A DNA stretch of 64,000 nucleotides from Candidatus Entotheonellaceae bacterium (GCA_965238075.1 OZ250173.1:1536001-1600000), one strand, 5' to 3'; positions 1-10,124 are shown, counted from the first letter of the stretch. The notes: generated by a model not told the origin, from the sequence alone. Program-made: numbers and translations.

Positions 1-462
1 GCAGCCCTGCACGTGTCCGTGTCCGAAACCCGGATTGAGGCGCAGGGCAATGGGGCCGCGGTAGCCGGCGTCGGCGAGTTGCTGCACCATGGCGGGCGAG
101 CCGAGATTGGGCAGCACCTTGTGCCGGTTGATAACCTCCAGGGCGTTGTCCCGGAACACGTCGGTGGACAGCATGACCTCCGGAGTGTCGGCGCCCATCG
201 GATAGCCTGCCGCCTGCGCCCGCAGGACCTCGTTCCCCGATACTGCGTCGATCCAGATGCCCTGCTCCCGCATGGTGCTCAACACGCGTGCTGCCGAACA
301 CGCCTTCATGGCGTAGCGCGCCTGCAGGCCCGGCGCGTCCGTCAGGTCGCGGATGGCAGCGATCCGGGCGCGCAGAAGCTGCGCGTCGTAAAGGTAAAAC
401 GGGGTGCCGACGTGCGCCGCCAACTGGCGCAGATCAACCCCCTGCCAGGCCGCTGTGGCCAT
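1..462 (-). CDS. lysA: Diaminopimelate decarboxylase (5' part; runs off the window edge)
   Basis: Not in the ORF track. Manual translation MATAAWQGVDLRQLAAHVGTPFYLYD...RYAMKAC...IDAVSGNEV...LRLNPGFGHGHVQGC shows the TPxYxYD motif, PLP-Lys motif YAMKAC and the E. coli-type LysA motif NPGFGHGH; RBS AAGGAG precedes the ATG at 462. Confidence 0.9.
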   Translation of the reverse strand, partial: MATAAWQGVDLRQLAAHVGTPFYLYDAQLLRARIAAIRDLTDAPGLQARYAMKACSAARVLSTMREQGIWIDAVSGNEVLRAQAAGYPMGADTPEVMLSTDVFRDNALEVINRHKVLPNLGSPAMVQQLADAGYRGPIALRLNPGFGHGHVQGC

Positions 463-704
463 GTATTCTCCTTTGTCGTGTCATGTGGTGCTGTCGAATC
501 AGGCGAAACGCCAGACCGCATGTGCCGCAGCGTTTGGGACAATGCGGGGGCCATGATACGCCGCCGCCTGGCGCTTGGAAAGGACGTTTGAGGCGCTGAA
601 GGAACGTGAATAATGGCCACCATGCAAGCCATGACTCAACTGCAAAGGCACGCCTGTATCCGAAGCTGCCCTTTGAAACTTGCAAACCGGACGGATTCCG
701 CCGC

Positions 705-1628
705 TCACCGTGTGCCGCGCAGGCGCGGATCGAGGGTGTCGCGGATGCCGTCGCCGAAGAGGTTGAAGGCCAGCACGGTGATGGTGATGGCCAAGCCGGG
801 AAAGAACACCAGCCACCAGGGGGGAATGAGGCCGGAATTCAGGGAATCAGCGAGCAGGTTGCCCCAGGTAGGGGTTGGGGGCGGGATGCCGAGGCCGAGG
901 AAGCCGAGGGCCGATTCGATGATGATGGCGACCCCCAGGTGGGTGGTGGCGAGAATCAGGTAGGGGGCGACGCACTGGGGCAGGATGTGCAGCGCCATGA
1001 TGCGCAGCGTTGAGGCGCCGATGCCGCGGGCGGCTTCGACGTAGGCGATTTCTTTCAGCGACAACGCCACGACGCGCACGACGCGGCCGCCGAAGGGAAT
1101 GCGGGTGACGGCGATGGCGACGATGACTGTCCAGGTGCCGGAGCCGAGCGCCATGGAGATGGCCATGGCCAGGATGAGGTCCGGGAACGATTGCAGAACC
1201 TCGATGACGCGTTGGCTGAGGATGTCGAACCGGCCGCCGATGTAGCCGCTGGCCAGCCCCCACAGCGAGCCGGTGGTGGTGCCCAGCAACACCGCGGCAA
1301 TGGCCACCAGCAGCGAGGAGCGGCTGCCGTAAATAACTCGGCTCAGATTGTCGCGGCCAATCTGGTCGGTGCCGAAGTAGCTTTGCGCGTCGGGCGGTTT
1401 CGACATGCGCCTGAAGTTGGCCTTTAACGGGTCGTGCGGTGCGATTAGCGGTGCGACGATCGCCATGATGAGAATCGCAGCGGCCACCACGCCCCAGAAG
1501 GCCGACAGGGGATTGCGCCGCACGAAATTGCGCAGACCGCGCCATGCCCGTGCTGGACGGGAGAGGACGACGGCGTCATTCGCGGCGGACGAGGCCGGTG
1601 GGCTTGAGCTATACGCTTGCATATCCAT
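705..1628 (-). CDS. Peptide/nickel ABC transporter permease (DppC/OppC-like)
   Basis: FGTDQIGRD, EAA-type loop YVEAARGIGAS, C-terminal GDGIRDTLDPR; exact start uncertain (1622/1628/1631). Confidence 0.9.
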   Translation of the reverse strand: MDMQAYSSSPPASSAANDAVVLSRPARAWRGLRNFVRRNPLSAFWGVVAAAILIMAIVAPLIAPHDPLKANFRRMSKPPDAQSYFGTDQIGRDNLSRVIYGSRSSLLVAIAAVLLGTTTGSLWGLASGYIGGRFDILSQRVIEVLQSFPDLILAMAISMALGSGTWTVIVAIAVTRIPFGGRVVRVVALSLKEIAYVEAARGIGASTLRIMALHILPQCVAPYLILATTHLGVAIIIESALGFLGLGIPPPTPTWGNLLADSLNSGLIPPWWLVFFPGLAITITVLAFNLFGDGIRDTLDPRLRGTR

Positions 1629-1659
1629 CAAGTGGTTAGGGGCAGGCAGTAAGCGGAAC

Positions 1660-1689
1660 GTCGGATTACGCTTCGTTAATCCGACCTAC
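1660..1689. repeat. GTAG-type REP palindrome (family D)
   Basis: gtcggattacgcttcgttaatccgacctac hairpin; near-identical copy at 37134-37163. Confidence 0.8.
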
Positions 1690-1701
1690 ATGCTTGCACA
1701 T

Positions 1702-2658
1702 CTATTGGTAATGAATCCTCGGATCAAACCAGGCATAAGTCACGTCGACCAGCACGTTGATCAGCACAAAGACGAAGGAGTACAGGAACACGAGATTCTG
1801 AATTACCGTGATATCGCGCTCAATCACCGCGGTAATCATGGCGCGTCCAAGGCCGGGGACGCCGAACGCCTGCTCGATCGGGATCGATCCGGCCAGCACG
1901 AACCCCATCAGAACGCCGGAAAGCGTGATAATCGGCAGTAAGGCATTCGGCAGCGCATGGCGGTTCACCACCAAGCGTTCGACGACCCCCTTGGCGCGGG
2001 CCGTGCGGACGTAATCCTCCCGGATGACTTCCAATAGCGAAGACCGCGCCATGCGGGCAATGTAGGCGGCCTGGCCAACGCCGAGCACCAACGCCGGACC
2101 GACGACAATCTGCAGGTTGGCCCACGGGTCCACCCAGAGCGGCACCCCCGTGAGCGGCGCCTTGTAGCCGAACCAGAAGAGCGAGCCGAGAACGATGAGG
2201 ATGCCGAGCCAGAAGCCGGGGATGGCCAGGAAGAGGATCGACATGATGCGCGCGCCCGTGTCTGCCAGCGTGTTGGGGCGCAGGGCGCTGATGATGCCCA
2301 CCGGCAGCCCCACGAGCCACGAGATCACCACCGACAGCACGCCGATTTCGAAGCTCAACGGGCCGCGCCGCACAATCATGTCGGCCACACTCTCATCGCG
2401 GAAGAACGACCTGCCGAGTTCGCCGGCGACGATGTCGCCCATCCACTTGAGATACTGCACCGGCAGCGGATCGCTGAGGCCGAGTTCGGCCATATAGTGC
2501 GCGCGATCCTCGACGGTCAGCTTGGTGAAGCCTTCCATGCCGAAGATGGCCACGAGGGGGTCGCCGGGCAGGATGCGCATGACCACGAAGATGATCATCG
2601 ACACCCCGATCATCGTCAGAACGCCGAAGCCGAAGCGCCGCAGAATATATTCGTACAA
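1702..2658 (-). CDS. Peptide/nickel ABC transporter permease (DppB/OppB-like)
   Basis: YILRR...PGDP, EDYVRTARAKG, DPRI motifs; likely TTG start at 2658, because the longer ORF start runs through heptamer repeats. Confidence 0.9.
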   Translation of the reverse strand: MYEYILRRFGFGVLTMIGVSMIIFVVMRILPGDPLVAIFGMEGFTKLTVEDRAHYMAELGLSDPLPVQYLKWMGDIVAGELGRSFFRDESVADMIVRRGPLSFEIGVLSVVISWLVGLPVGIISALRPNTLADTGARIMSILFLAIPGFWLGILIVLGSLFWFGYKAPLTGVPLWVDPWANLQIVVGPALVLGVGQAAYIARMARSSLLEVIREDYVRTARAKGVVERLVVNRHALPNALLPIITLSGVLMGFVLAGSIPIEQAFGVPGLGRAMITAVIERDITVIQNLVFLYSFVFVLINVLVDVTYAWFDPRIHYQ

Positions 2659-2672
2659 GGTGTGGCCCCAGA

Positions 2673-2747
2673 TAGTGGCCAGTGACTGGTGGCTAGTGGC
2701 CGGCAAACCCTGATTTACTAACCACTAGCCGCTGGCCACTAATCACT
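2673..2747. repeat. Inverted heptamer tandem array (TAGTGGC / GCCACTA; family E)
   Basis: tagtggc-cagtgac-tggtggc-tagtggc ... aaccact-agccgct-ggccact-aatcact; similar array at 48528-48797. Confidence 0.75.
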
Positions 2748-2751
2748 CATT

Positions 2752-4440
2752 TCATTTGTCCATCCAGAAGGTGTCGAAGCGCACCACGTCGTAGATGCCG
2801 AAATAGTTGCTCGGGTTGTGGCCCTTGACGTAGTCGTACCAGCCGTCGTTGATCTTCTCCCACGCCACCGGGATGAGCGGTGGATCCTGCTCCATCACGG
2901 CTTCCGCCTGCCGTACCAAGTCCTTGCGCTTGGCGTCGTCGAGCTCGCGGTCGATCTGCAGCACCAGGTCCTGGAACTTGGGGTTGGACCACTTGGAATA
3001 ATTCTGCGGGCCGTCCTTGCCGTACCAGGCGTTGAAGTAGTCCGAGGGATCGATCAGCGTCGACACAATGGCGCTGATGGTGAAGTCGAATTTCCCCGCC
3101 AGGGCCTCGTCGAACCACACCGAGACCTGCACCGTGCGCAGGTTGGTCTGGATGTTGAGGATCTCCCGCAGCATGGCTTGCACGGCCACCGACCAGAGCT
3201 TGAAGCTGGCCGCCTCGCGGATCATGAAATCCACGTCCTTGAGGCCATCGGGGTAACCGGCAGCCGCCATGAGCTGGCGCGCTTCGCGGATGGCGGCGGT
3301 GGGATCGGACTGGTAACCAGGACGCTCGGCCAATTTGTCCGGCGGCGTGGCGAAATCCGAAAACGGATAGATGAAGCCGCCCACCAACATCGGCGCCACG
3401 TCCCGGACCACGTCCACCAGCACCGCGCGGTCCAGCACCAGGTGAATGGCGCGCCGCACCCTGGGATCCCTGAACGCCTCGCGCTCGTTGTTCACCCAGA
3501 TTGCCTGGATGACGCTCTGGTAGTAGTCGGTGCCGGACATCCCCGGGGTGTCCTGCACTTTCTGGAGACTCACCGGGTCGAGCAGTCGGGCGTAGTCGAG
3601 GTTGCCGGCCAGCAGCGCCGCGCCCAGCTGGGCCGAGAACGGCGGCAGGTGGTAAAACTCGATGCCGTCGAGATAGGGCAGGCCCTCGTTCCAGTAATCC
3701 GGGTTGCGCTCCATCACCCACACCTCTTTGTCGATGCGCTTGACGGACCGGAACGGGCCGGTGCCGGGATAATCCGGGATTTGCCGCAGGCTGTAGTTGT
3801 TGTCCTCCAGCGTCTTCTTGCGCACGATGATGTTCCAGCCGCTGGCGAACGCCCCGAGCATGAAGTTCTGCGGGCGCGGCTCGCTCAGCTTGAACTCGAT
3901 CGTGTGGGCATCGCGGACGTTGATTTCGCTCACGGTGGCGAACAGCGGCGTGCGCGGGCTGCTGAAGCCTTTTGGGGACTGGATGATGCGCTGGTAGGTC
4001 GCCTTCACGTCCTCGGCCGTAAAGTCGGCGCCGTCGTGGAAGGTGACGCCCTGGCGCAGGAAAAAGGTGTAGGTCTTGCCGTCGGGGGAAATCTCCCAGC
4101 TATGCGCCAGATCCGGGATAATCGTCTGCCCGCTGTCCAGCGGATTGCGGCGGATCAGGTTGTCGTACATGCAGCCCTGCGTACCCATGTTGGAAACGGT
4201 GCCGGATTGATGCACGTCGAAATGCGCCGGCGCGTTCAACACGCCGTAGCGCAGCACGCCGCCGTGCTTGGGGTTGGGCTCCGGCGCCTGAAGCTTGAAC
4301 CCCGAGCCGTCGAACGAACTGGGCGTTTGCGCCTCGCCCAGGCCGAGGGAAAGACCGTAAGCGCCCGCAGCGGCCGCCGCCGAGGTTCCCAACATGCCGC
4401 GTCGGGTCCATTCTACTGAAGCGGGATTTCGGTGGGACAT
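2752..4440 (-). CDS. ABC transporter substrate-binding protein, family 5 (Tat-exported)
   Basis: TRRGMLG twin-arginine signal; PDLAHSWEISPDGKTYTFFLRQGVTFHDG family-5 signature; GTGPF. Confidence 0.9.
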   Translation of the reverse strand: MSHRNPASVEWTRRGMLGTSAAAAAGAYGLSLGLGEAQTPSSFDGSGFKLQAPEPNPKHGGVLRYGVLNAPAHFDVHQSGTVSNMGTQGCMYDNLIRRNPLDSGQTIIPDLAHSWEISPDGKTYTFFLRQGVTFHDGADFTAEDVKATYQRIIQSPKGFSSPRTPLFATVSEINVRDAHTIEFKLSEPRPQNFMLGAFASGWNIIVRKKTLEDNNYSLRQIPDYPGTGPFRSVKRIDKEVWVMERNPDYWNEGLPYLDGIEFYHLPPFSAQLGAALLAGNLDYARLLDPVSLQKVQDTPGMSGTDYYQSVIQAIWVNNEREAFRDPRVRRAIHLVLDRAVLVDVVRDVAPMLVGGFIYPFSDFATPPDKLAERPGYQSDPTAAIREARQLMAAAGYPDGLKDVDFMIREAASFKLWSVAVQAMLREILNIQTNLRTVQVSVWFDEALAGKFDFTISAIVSTLIDPSDYFNAWYGKDGPQNYSKWSNPKFQDLVLQIDRELDDAKRKDLVRQAEAVMEQDPPLIPVAWEKINDGWYDYVKGHNPSNYFGIYDVVRFDTFWMDK

Positions 4441-4463
4441 GATGAACGTCTCCTTGCGGTGCG

Positions 4464-4615
4464 CCCCCTCTCCCTAACCCTCCCCCCGCGGAGGGGGGAG
4501 GGAACCGGCGTTGGGCGATGGTACAAGCATCCCCCGGCTGAGGGCCTTTGCTCTCTCCCACAGGCGAGGGTTCTGCCCCCTCTCCCCTGGCGGGAGAGGG
4601 CCGGGGTGAGGGGGG
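4464..4615. repeat. Inverted pair of C/G-rich palindromic repeats (family A, CCCTCACCCC..CCCTCTCCC..GGGAGAGGG)
   Basis: Copies at 4464-4502 and 4576-4615 in opposite orientation; further copies at 12979, 28673, 31293, 48640, 50452. Confidence 0.85.
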
Positions 4616-4619
4616 AAAC

Positions 4620-6899
4620 TTATGACTGCATCTTATCGAGCACATAACCGGGGGACATCGGCAGGTCGGTCATGCGCTTGCCGGTGGCGCGGTAAATGGC
4701 GTTGGCCACAGCCGCCGGCGGCGGCACGATGGGCACCTCGCCGACGCCGCGCACGCCGAAGGGGTGACCGGGATTCGGTACCTCGACGAGTACCGTATCG
4801 ATCATCGGCAGGTCCAGGCAGGTAGGCATCCGGTAGTCGAGGAAGCTGGCGTTGCTCATGTTGCCGTCTTCGCGGTACAGGTACGCCTCGTTCAACGCCC
4901 AGCCGATGCCCTGCGTGACGCCGCCCTGGATCTGCCCTTCCACGTAGCTCGGGTGGATGGCCTTGCCAACGTCCTGCACCGCGGTGTAGCGCAGGATGGA
5001 GACCTTGCCGGTGTCCGGATCGACCTCGACATCGACGATATGGGTGGCAAAGGCGCCGCCGACGCCGCGCGGCTGCACGGTAGCGCGGCCGGAAATCGGC
5101 CCGCCGGTGCGCGGCATCAGCTCCGCCATCTCCTGAAAGCTCACCGACTTGTCGGCGTCCTTGCCGCAGCCGAACACGCCGCCCGAATAGGTGACGTCCT
5201 CAGCGCTCAGCGCATTGGCACCCTCCTCCTGTTCGTTGCTCCAACGCTCGGCGAGGCGCTCCTTCATCTGCCGGACGACGTCGTTCGCCGCTTCGTACGC
5301 CGCGTAGCCGGTGGCAAACGTCGTGCGGCTGCCGCCCGTAACGTCCGTGTAGCCGACGCCGTCCGTTCCGGCGACCGTGGGCCGAACGCTCTCGTACGGA
5401 ATGCCGAGCACCTCAGCCGCCTGCATGGCGATGGAAGCGCGCGTGCCGCCGATGTCGGTGGAGCCCTCGACCAGGCTGACCGTACCGTCGGAGTTCACGT
5501 TGATTACCACGCTGGACTGCAAGCCGACGTTGAACCAGAACCCGGACGCCACGCCGCGGCCGCGGTTCGGGCCTTCGAGCGGCGTATTGTAGTGCTCGTG
5601 TTCGAGCGCCGCGTGCACCGTCTCCAGGAAGCCGATACGCGGGTGCGTCGGGCCATCCACGCGGCGGTCGCCCTCCTTGGCGCCGTTCATCGCGCGCAAT
5701 TGCAACGGGTCGATGCCCAACTGCTCGGCGAACTCGTCCATGATCGTCTCCGAGGCAAACGCCGCATTGGTTGCCCCAGGCGCGCGATAGGCGGTGGTCT
5801 TCGGCTTGTTCACCACCACGTCGTAGCCGTCCACCCGCATGTTCGGGAAGCTGTAGGGCGAGAAGATACACATGCCGCCCGGTCCCACCGGCGAGCCCGG
5901 AAAGGCACCCGCCTCGAACGCAAGCGACGCCTCGGCAGCCACCACGCGGCCGTCCCTGGTGGCGCCCATCTTGACCTTGATTTGCGAGCCCGGCGTCGGA
6001 CCCGTGCTCTCGAACTCCTCGATGCGGCTCATCACCAGCTTGACCGCCTGGCCGGTCTTGCGCGACAGCAGCGCCGCCACCGGTTCGAGGTAGACGGGAA
6101 TCTTGCCGCCGAAGCCGCCGCCGATCTCCGCCGGGATGACGGACACCTGCGACACCGGAATGCCCAAGACCTCGGACGACTGCTTTTGCACAACGAAGGC
6201 GCCCTGCGTACTCGTCCAGATGGTGACGTGGCCCTCTTCGTTCCACATGGCGGTGGCGTTGTGGGGCTCGATGTAGCCTTGGTGCACGGTGGCGGTGTCG
6301 AACTCGCGTTCGATGATCAGGTCGGCCTGCTTGAAGCCTTCCGCCACGTCACCCAGGGTGAAGCGGTAATGGCTGGCGACGTTGCTCTCACGGTCCGTCT
6401 TTTCGCCGAGCGACGTGGTGGTCATGCCGTCGTGCAGAATCGGCGCCCCATCCTGCATCGCCTCGGGCGCCGTCAGCACCGGCGGCAGGATTTCGTACTC
6501 GACCTCGATCAGGTTCACCGCCTCTTCGGCGACATGCACGTTGACCGCCGACACCGCGGCGATGGCGTGCCCCCTGTACAATGCCTTTCCCTGGGCCAGC
6601 ACGTTGTTGCTGAGGAATTTCAGGTTGACCGCGCCCTCGCCGAGATTGGCGATCTTGTCAGGCGCCTCGGGCAGGTCCTTGTGCGTCACCACGGCCTTGA
6701 CGCCGGGCAATGCTTCGGCCTTGCTGGTGTCAATCGACTTGATGCGGGCGTGGGCGTGGGGGCTGCGCAGCACCTTGCCGTGCAGCATGCCGGCCATGCG
6801 CACGTCGGCGCCGTAAATCGCCCGGCCCGTCACCTTGTCGGCACCGTCGGGACGCACCGGGCGCGTTCCGATAACTTGATATGCCGTCGCTTCTGCCAT
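4620..6899 (-). CDS. Xanthine dehydrogenase/CoxL-family molybdopterin-binding large subunit
   Basis: KVTGRAIYGAD, RSPHAHA, IGGGFGGK, AYRAPG, EGQIQGG, GVRGVGE motifs; real start MAEATAY at 6899 overlaps the upstream stop (TGATG). Confidence 0.92.
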   Translation of the reverse strand: MAEATAYQVIGTRPVRPDGADKVTGRAIYGADVRMAGMLHGKVLRSPHAHARIKSIDTSKAEALPGVKAVVTHKDLPEAPDKIANLGEGAVNLKFLSNNVLAQGKALYRGHAIAAVSAVNVHVAEEAVNLIEVEYEILPPVLTAPEAMQDGAPILHDGMTTTSLGEKTDRESNVASHYRFTLGDVAEGFKQADLIIEREFDTATVHQGYIEPHNATAMWNEEGHVTIWTSTQGAFVVQKQSSEVLGIPVSQVSVIPAEIGGGFGGKIPVYLEPVAALLSRKTGQAVKLVMSRIEEFESTGPTPGSQIKVKMGATRDGRVVAAEASLAFEAGAFPGSPVGPGGMCIFSPYSFPNMRVDGYDVVVNKPKTTAYRAPGATNAAFASETIMDEFAEQLGIDPLQLRAMNGAKEGDRRVDGPTHPRIGFLETVHAALEHEHYNTPLEGPNRGRGVASGFWFNVGLQSSVVINVNSDGTVSLVEGSTDIGGTRASIAMQAAEVLGIPYESVRPTVAGTDGVGYTDVTGGSRTTFATGYAAYEAANDVVRQMKERLAERWSNEQEEGANALSAEDVTYSGGVFGCGKDADKSVSFQEMAELMPRTGGPISGRATVQPRGVGGAFATHIVDVEVDPDTGKVSILRYTAVQDVGKAIHPSYVEGQIQGGVTQGIGWALNEAYLYREDGNMSNASFLDYRMPTCLDLPMIDTVLVEVPNPGHPFGVRGVGEVPIVPPPAAVANAIYRATGKRMTDLPMSPGYVLDKMQS

Positions 6900-7381
6900 C
6901 AGGCGCTGGCCTCCATGGTTTCGGCTGCGTCCAGAACCGCGCGCACGATCTTGTCGTAACCCGTGCAGCGGCACAGATTGCCGGCCAGCCAGTAGCGCAC
7001 CTCGTGCTCCGTCGGCTTGGAATTCTGTTCGAGCAGCGCCTTGGCCGCCATGATGAAGCCGGGCGTGCAGATGCCGCATTGCAGGGCGGCGTGCTCCAGA
7101 AACTTCTGCTGCAGCGGGTGCAACTGGGCGGGGCTGGCGAGGCCTTCGATCGTATTCACCGCCTGGCCGTCCACCTCGGCGGCCAGCACCAGGCAGGAAT
7201 CAACGAGCACGCCGTCGACCTGCAGACTGCAGGCGCCGCAATTGCCGTTGCTGCAACCTTCCTTGGTGCCCGTGAAGCCCAGGTCGTCACGCAGCACTTC
7301 CAACAGGCTCTGGCGCGAATCGCAGAGAAATTCCACCGCCTCACCGTTCAGGGTCGTTTGTACGTGTATCCGTGTCGCCAT
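6899..7381 (-). CDS. (2Fe-2S)-binding small subunit (CoxS/XdhC-like)
   Basis: GTKEGCSNGNCGAC, QCGICTPG, GNLCRCTGY motifs. Confidence 0.95.
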   Translation of the reverse strand: MATRIHVQTTLNGEAVEFLCDSRQSLLEVLRDDLGFTGTKEGCSNGNCGACSLQVDGVLVDSCLVLAAEVDGQAVNTIEGLASPAQLHPLQQKFLEHAALQCGICTPGFIMAAKALLEQNSKPTEHEVRYWLAGNLCRCTGYDKIVRAVLDAAETMEASA

Positions 7382-7384
7382 TCC

Positions 7385-8263
7385 TTAACTCTCCCCTCTC
7401 GCTCTGGACAACGCCCCTTGCAGCGTTCGCCGCGTCAGCACGCCAGTCAGGTGAATCCGTTGCTGTATCGTCCCGCGCATGTCGTCGATCGGACGCGCGA
7501 TGCCTGCCGCGGCGCTCGCTGCGGCAGCGATGGTGTCGTCGGAAATGGGCTTGCCCACCAGGGCAGCCGCGGCTTCCACCGCCATCAGGGGTGTCGGCGC
7601 CACCGCGCCCAGGGAAATCCGCGCATCCGTCACCGTGGAATTGTCGTCGCCTAACACCAGGGAGGAGCCGACGCCGACCACGGCGATGTCCATCTCGTTG
7701 CGGGGGATGAAGCGCAGGTAATGGGCGCCGAAGTTCTTGGGCGGCACCGGAACACGCAGCGATAGCAGGAACTCGCCGTTTTCCAGGACGTTGCGCCCGG
7801 GCGCCGTACAAAACTGCTCGGCGGCGACCTCGCGCTGCCCGTTCGGACCGGCAATCACGCACATCGTGCGATGCGCGATCAGCGTCGGGATGGAGTCGGC
7901 GGCAGGCGACGAGTTGCACAGGTTGCCGCCCACGGAGGCCCGGCCTTGAATCTGGATGCCGCCGATCAGGGTAAAGGCATCCATCAGCCCAGGATAAGTC
8001 TTTGAGATAACGGGATCATTGTAAATCCGGTGGCAGGGTACGGCGGCCCCGAGGTGTAGGCCGTTTTGGGCATCGTAGGACAAGACGTTCGCTTCGGGAA
8101 TCTTCTTGACGTCGACGACCGTTTCGAGTTGCCGCCGTCCTTCGCGAAGCTGCACGATGAGGTCGGTGCCCCCGGCCAACACGCGCGCCTGGTCGCCTTT
8201 GCTGGCCAGCAGGGAGACAGCTTCGTCTACCGTCTGCGCTGCGACATAGTCAAATGTTTGCAA
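7385..8263 (-). CDS. FAD-binding medium subunit (CoxM-like)
   Basis: LAGGTDL, ASVGGNLCNSSPAAD, DDMRGT; TTG start at 8263 with RBS AAGGAG. Confidence 0.92.
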   Translation of the reverse strand: MQTFDYVAAQTVDEAVSLLASKGDQARVLAGGTDLIVQLREGRRQLETVVDVKKIPEANVLSYDAQNGLHLGAAVPCHRIYNDPVISKTYPGLMDAFTLIGGIQIQGRASVGGNLCNSSPAADSIPTLIAHRTMCVIAGPNGQREVAAEQFCTAPGRNVLENGEFLLSLRVPVPPKNFGAHYLRFIPRNEMDIAVVGVGSSLVLGDDNSTVTDARISLGAVAPTPLMAVEAAAALVGKPISDDTIAAAASAAAGIARPIDDMRGTIQQRIHLTGVLTRRTLQGALSRARGES

Positions 8264-8548
8264 GTGCTTATCTCCTTCGATAGTAAGCTTTGCACGGAAA
8301 TCCCCCCGCAACTCGCCGCATCCGTCTCACTACGGGTTCTGTAGGAAGTGAATGGTTCGTCGTGCAGTATGACGTGGGAGAGCGTAGGACTTGCAGTCTC
8401 CTTAACGAGATGAATGCCAGCCTATCACAGGGCCGTTTATACCGTCAATGCTGGAAAAAGGGGCGGAATTGGTATGCTACAATGGCCCCTTTTCAGGGCT
8501 GACATTAGCGCATCTGCGGGAAACGCTGTGCGAAAAGGCGGTGACGAC

Positions 8549-8794
8549 ATGCCGTTGATTGATACGCTGGCACTCAAGACTGGCCTGGCAGACGCGGGCT
8601 TGGATAGCGCGCAGGCGGACGCCATCGTTCAAGCCTTCGTGCATGCTGATACCGAACACTTGGCAACGAAGGCGAACATCGCGCCACTGGATGGGCGCTT
8701 GGACAAGCTGCAATGGATGGCTGGCGTGATCTTGGCATTCCTGCTACTGCCCATGGGCATGGTAGGGCGCCTGCTATTCGTAACGGGCGGATAA
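8549..8794 (+). CDS. Small coiled-coil protein with C-terminal TM helix (DUF1640/CCDC90-like)
   Basis: IDTL...AGLDSAQADAIV...LATKA...LQWMAG + hydrophobic tail resembles this family. Confidence 0.6.
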   Translation: MPLIDTLALKTGLADAGLDSAQADAIVQAFVHADTEHLATKANIAPLDGRLDKLQWMAGVILAFLLLPMGMVGRLLFVTGG

Positions 8795-8838
8795 GGATAC
8801 AGCTTGGCGGCGCTGAAAACAGAAGAGGAGACAACGGC

Positions 8839-10005
8839 ATGGCAATAGAGACAATGGGAAGGACAGGCGAGGGCACGAAGCTAGACACCAACGGCGGCGC
8901 GTCCAAGGCCAGCAATCGGCGCGCATTTTTGCGCACTGTTGCCGCCGCGGGCGGCGCCGCAGTGCTCGCCGCGCCCCACGTTCGCAACGCCGAAGCGGCC
9001 CGCAGCCACGTATGGAAGGTGCAGTCGACCTGGGACGCCGGCACCACCGGCTACCGGCTGTTCGAGGAATGGGCCAAGAGCTTTCAGGAGACGTCGGACG
9101 GCGAATTGGAAATGCGGCCGTTTCCCGCCAAGGCAGTGGCGGCGGACAACAACGCCCTGTTCGACGCCGTGCGCACCGGCGTGCTGCAGGGCATGAACCC
9201 CTTCACGCTCTACTGGTCGGGCAAAATTCCGGCCTCTGTGTTCCTGTCGTCTTACCCGGCGGGTCCCGATCAGGCGTCGCAGTGGGACACCATGTTCTAC
9301 GGCCTCGGCCTGCTGGAGATGACGCGCGAGATATACCAGAGATTTGGCTTGTTTTACGTCGGCCCGATTCAGCACGACGCCAACATCATCCACTCCAAGC
9401 AGCCGGTGGACAGCCTGGAGCAGCTGCGGGGCATGAAGATCCGCCTGCCCGGCGGCATGGTGGCGGAGGTGTTCGAGAAGTTCGGCGTCAGCACCACCAG
9501 CATGCCCGGCTCGGACATCTATCCGGCGCTGGAAAAGGGCACCATCGACGCCGCCGATTACGTCGGCCCCGCCATCAACTGGGACCTTGGCTTTGCTGAA
9601 GTCACGAATTACATCATCTGCATGGGCCCGCCGGGGCAAACTTCCCTGTATCAACCCGTCGACCTGATGGACCTCACCGTCAACATGGGCGCCTGGAAGC
9701 GCCTGCCGGAGAAACTGCAGCGCTTTGTCGAAGAGCAGGTGCAGACCTACTCGGTGCACCATTTCGTCGCCATCCAGGAAGCCGACCTGAAGGCCATGGC
9801 GCAATTCCTGGAAGCGGGGACAACGGTGTCGCGGCTTCCCGCCGAGGACGTGAAGCGCTTCCGCCAGGCCGCCATTCCGGTGTGGTACAAGTGGGCGAAC
9901 CTGAACGCCGACGCCAGGCGGGTGTTCAAGCTGCAGCTCGACTACATGCTGAACCCGTACATGGGTTACGTGTCGTCGGACGACGTCGCGGGCCTCAGCC
10001 TCTAG
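8839..10005 (+). CDS. dctP: TRAP transporter substrate-binding protein, lactate/2-oxoacid (TakP/TTHA0766)-type
   Basis: Tat signal NRRAFL; WDAGT, GMNPFTLYW, YVGPIQHD, QPVDLMD motifs resemble the Thermus lactate-binding protein as I recall it. Confidence 0.88.
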   Translation: MAIETMGRTGEGTKLDTNGGASKASNRRAFLRTVAAAGGAAVLAAPHVRNAEAARSHVWKVQSTWDAGTTGYRLFEEWAKSFQETSDGELEMRPFPAKAVAADNNALFDAVRTGVLQGMNPFTLYWSGKIPASVFLSSYPAGPDQASQWDTMFYGLGLLEMTREIYQRFGLFYVGPIQHDANIIHSKQPVDSLEQLRGMKIRLPGGMVAEVFEKFGVSTTSMPGSDIYPALEKGTIDAADYVGPAINWDLGFAEVTNYIICMGPPGQTSLYQPVDLMDLTVNMGAWKRLPEKLQRFVEEQVQTYSVHHFVAIQEADLKAMAQFLEAGTTVSRLPAEDVKRFRQAAIPVWYKWANLNADARRVFKLQLDYMLNPYMGYVSSDDVAGLSL

Positions 10006-10112
10006 AGCAATTCGAGGTCACTGGATTCCGGGTCAGGCCCGGAATGACGATTTGGGGCCGGAATGGCGATACGGTGGCCTTGCATGGTGCTGATCAATCT
10101 TGAATTGCTGGA
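10003..10112. mobile_element. Degenerate TAGAGC-type MITE carrying a family-C hairpin
   Basis: Left tagagcaattcgag starts at the dctP stop codon; right cttgaattgct (10/11 inverted match); internal ctggattccgggtcaggcccggaatgac at 10021-10048. Confidence 0.5.
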
Positions 10113-10124
10113 GTAGGAGCAGCC

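Noticed and set aside
463..704. Possible lysine riboswitch upstream of lysA
   Set aside because: I could not find the conserved AGAGGUGC-type P1 start or the expected multi-helix pattern; an Rfam search would be needed.
2818..4419. Long antisense ORFs (also 4764-6959, 19691-21187, 42822-44273, 47108-48586, 55392-57416, 58030-59790)
   Set aside because: Typical stop-poor shadow frames opposite high-GC genes, with no recognisable motifs.
4620..7079. 819-aa ORF suggesting an N-terminally extended large subunit
   Set aside because: The extension overlaps the 2Fe-2S gene in another frame; the TGATG junction at 6899 marks the real start.
4620..8263. Aerobic CO dehydrogenase (coxMSL)
   Set aside because: Gene order fits, but the active-site loop is AYRAPG rather than AYxCSFR, and no coxDEFG accessory genes are present.
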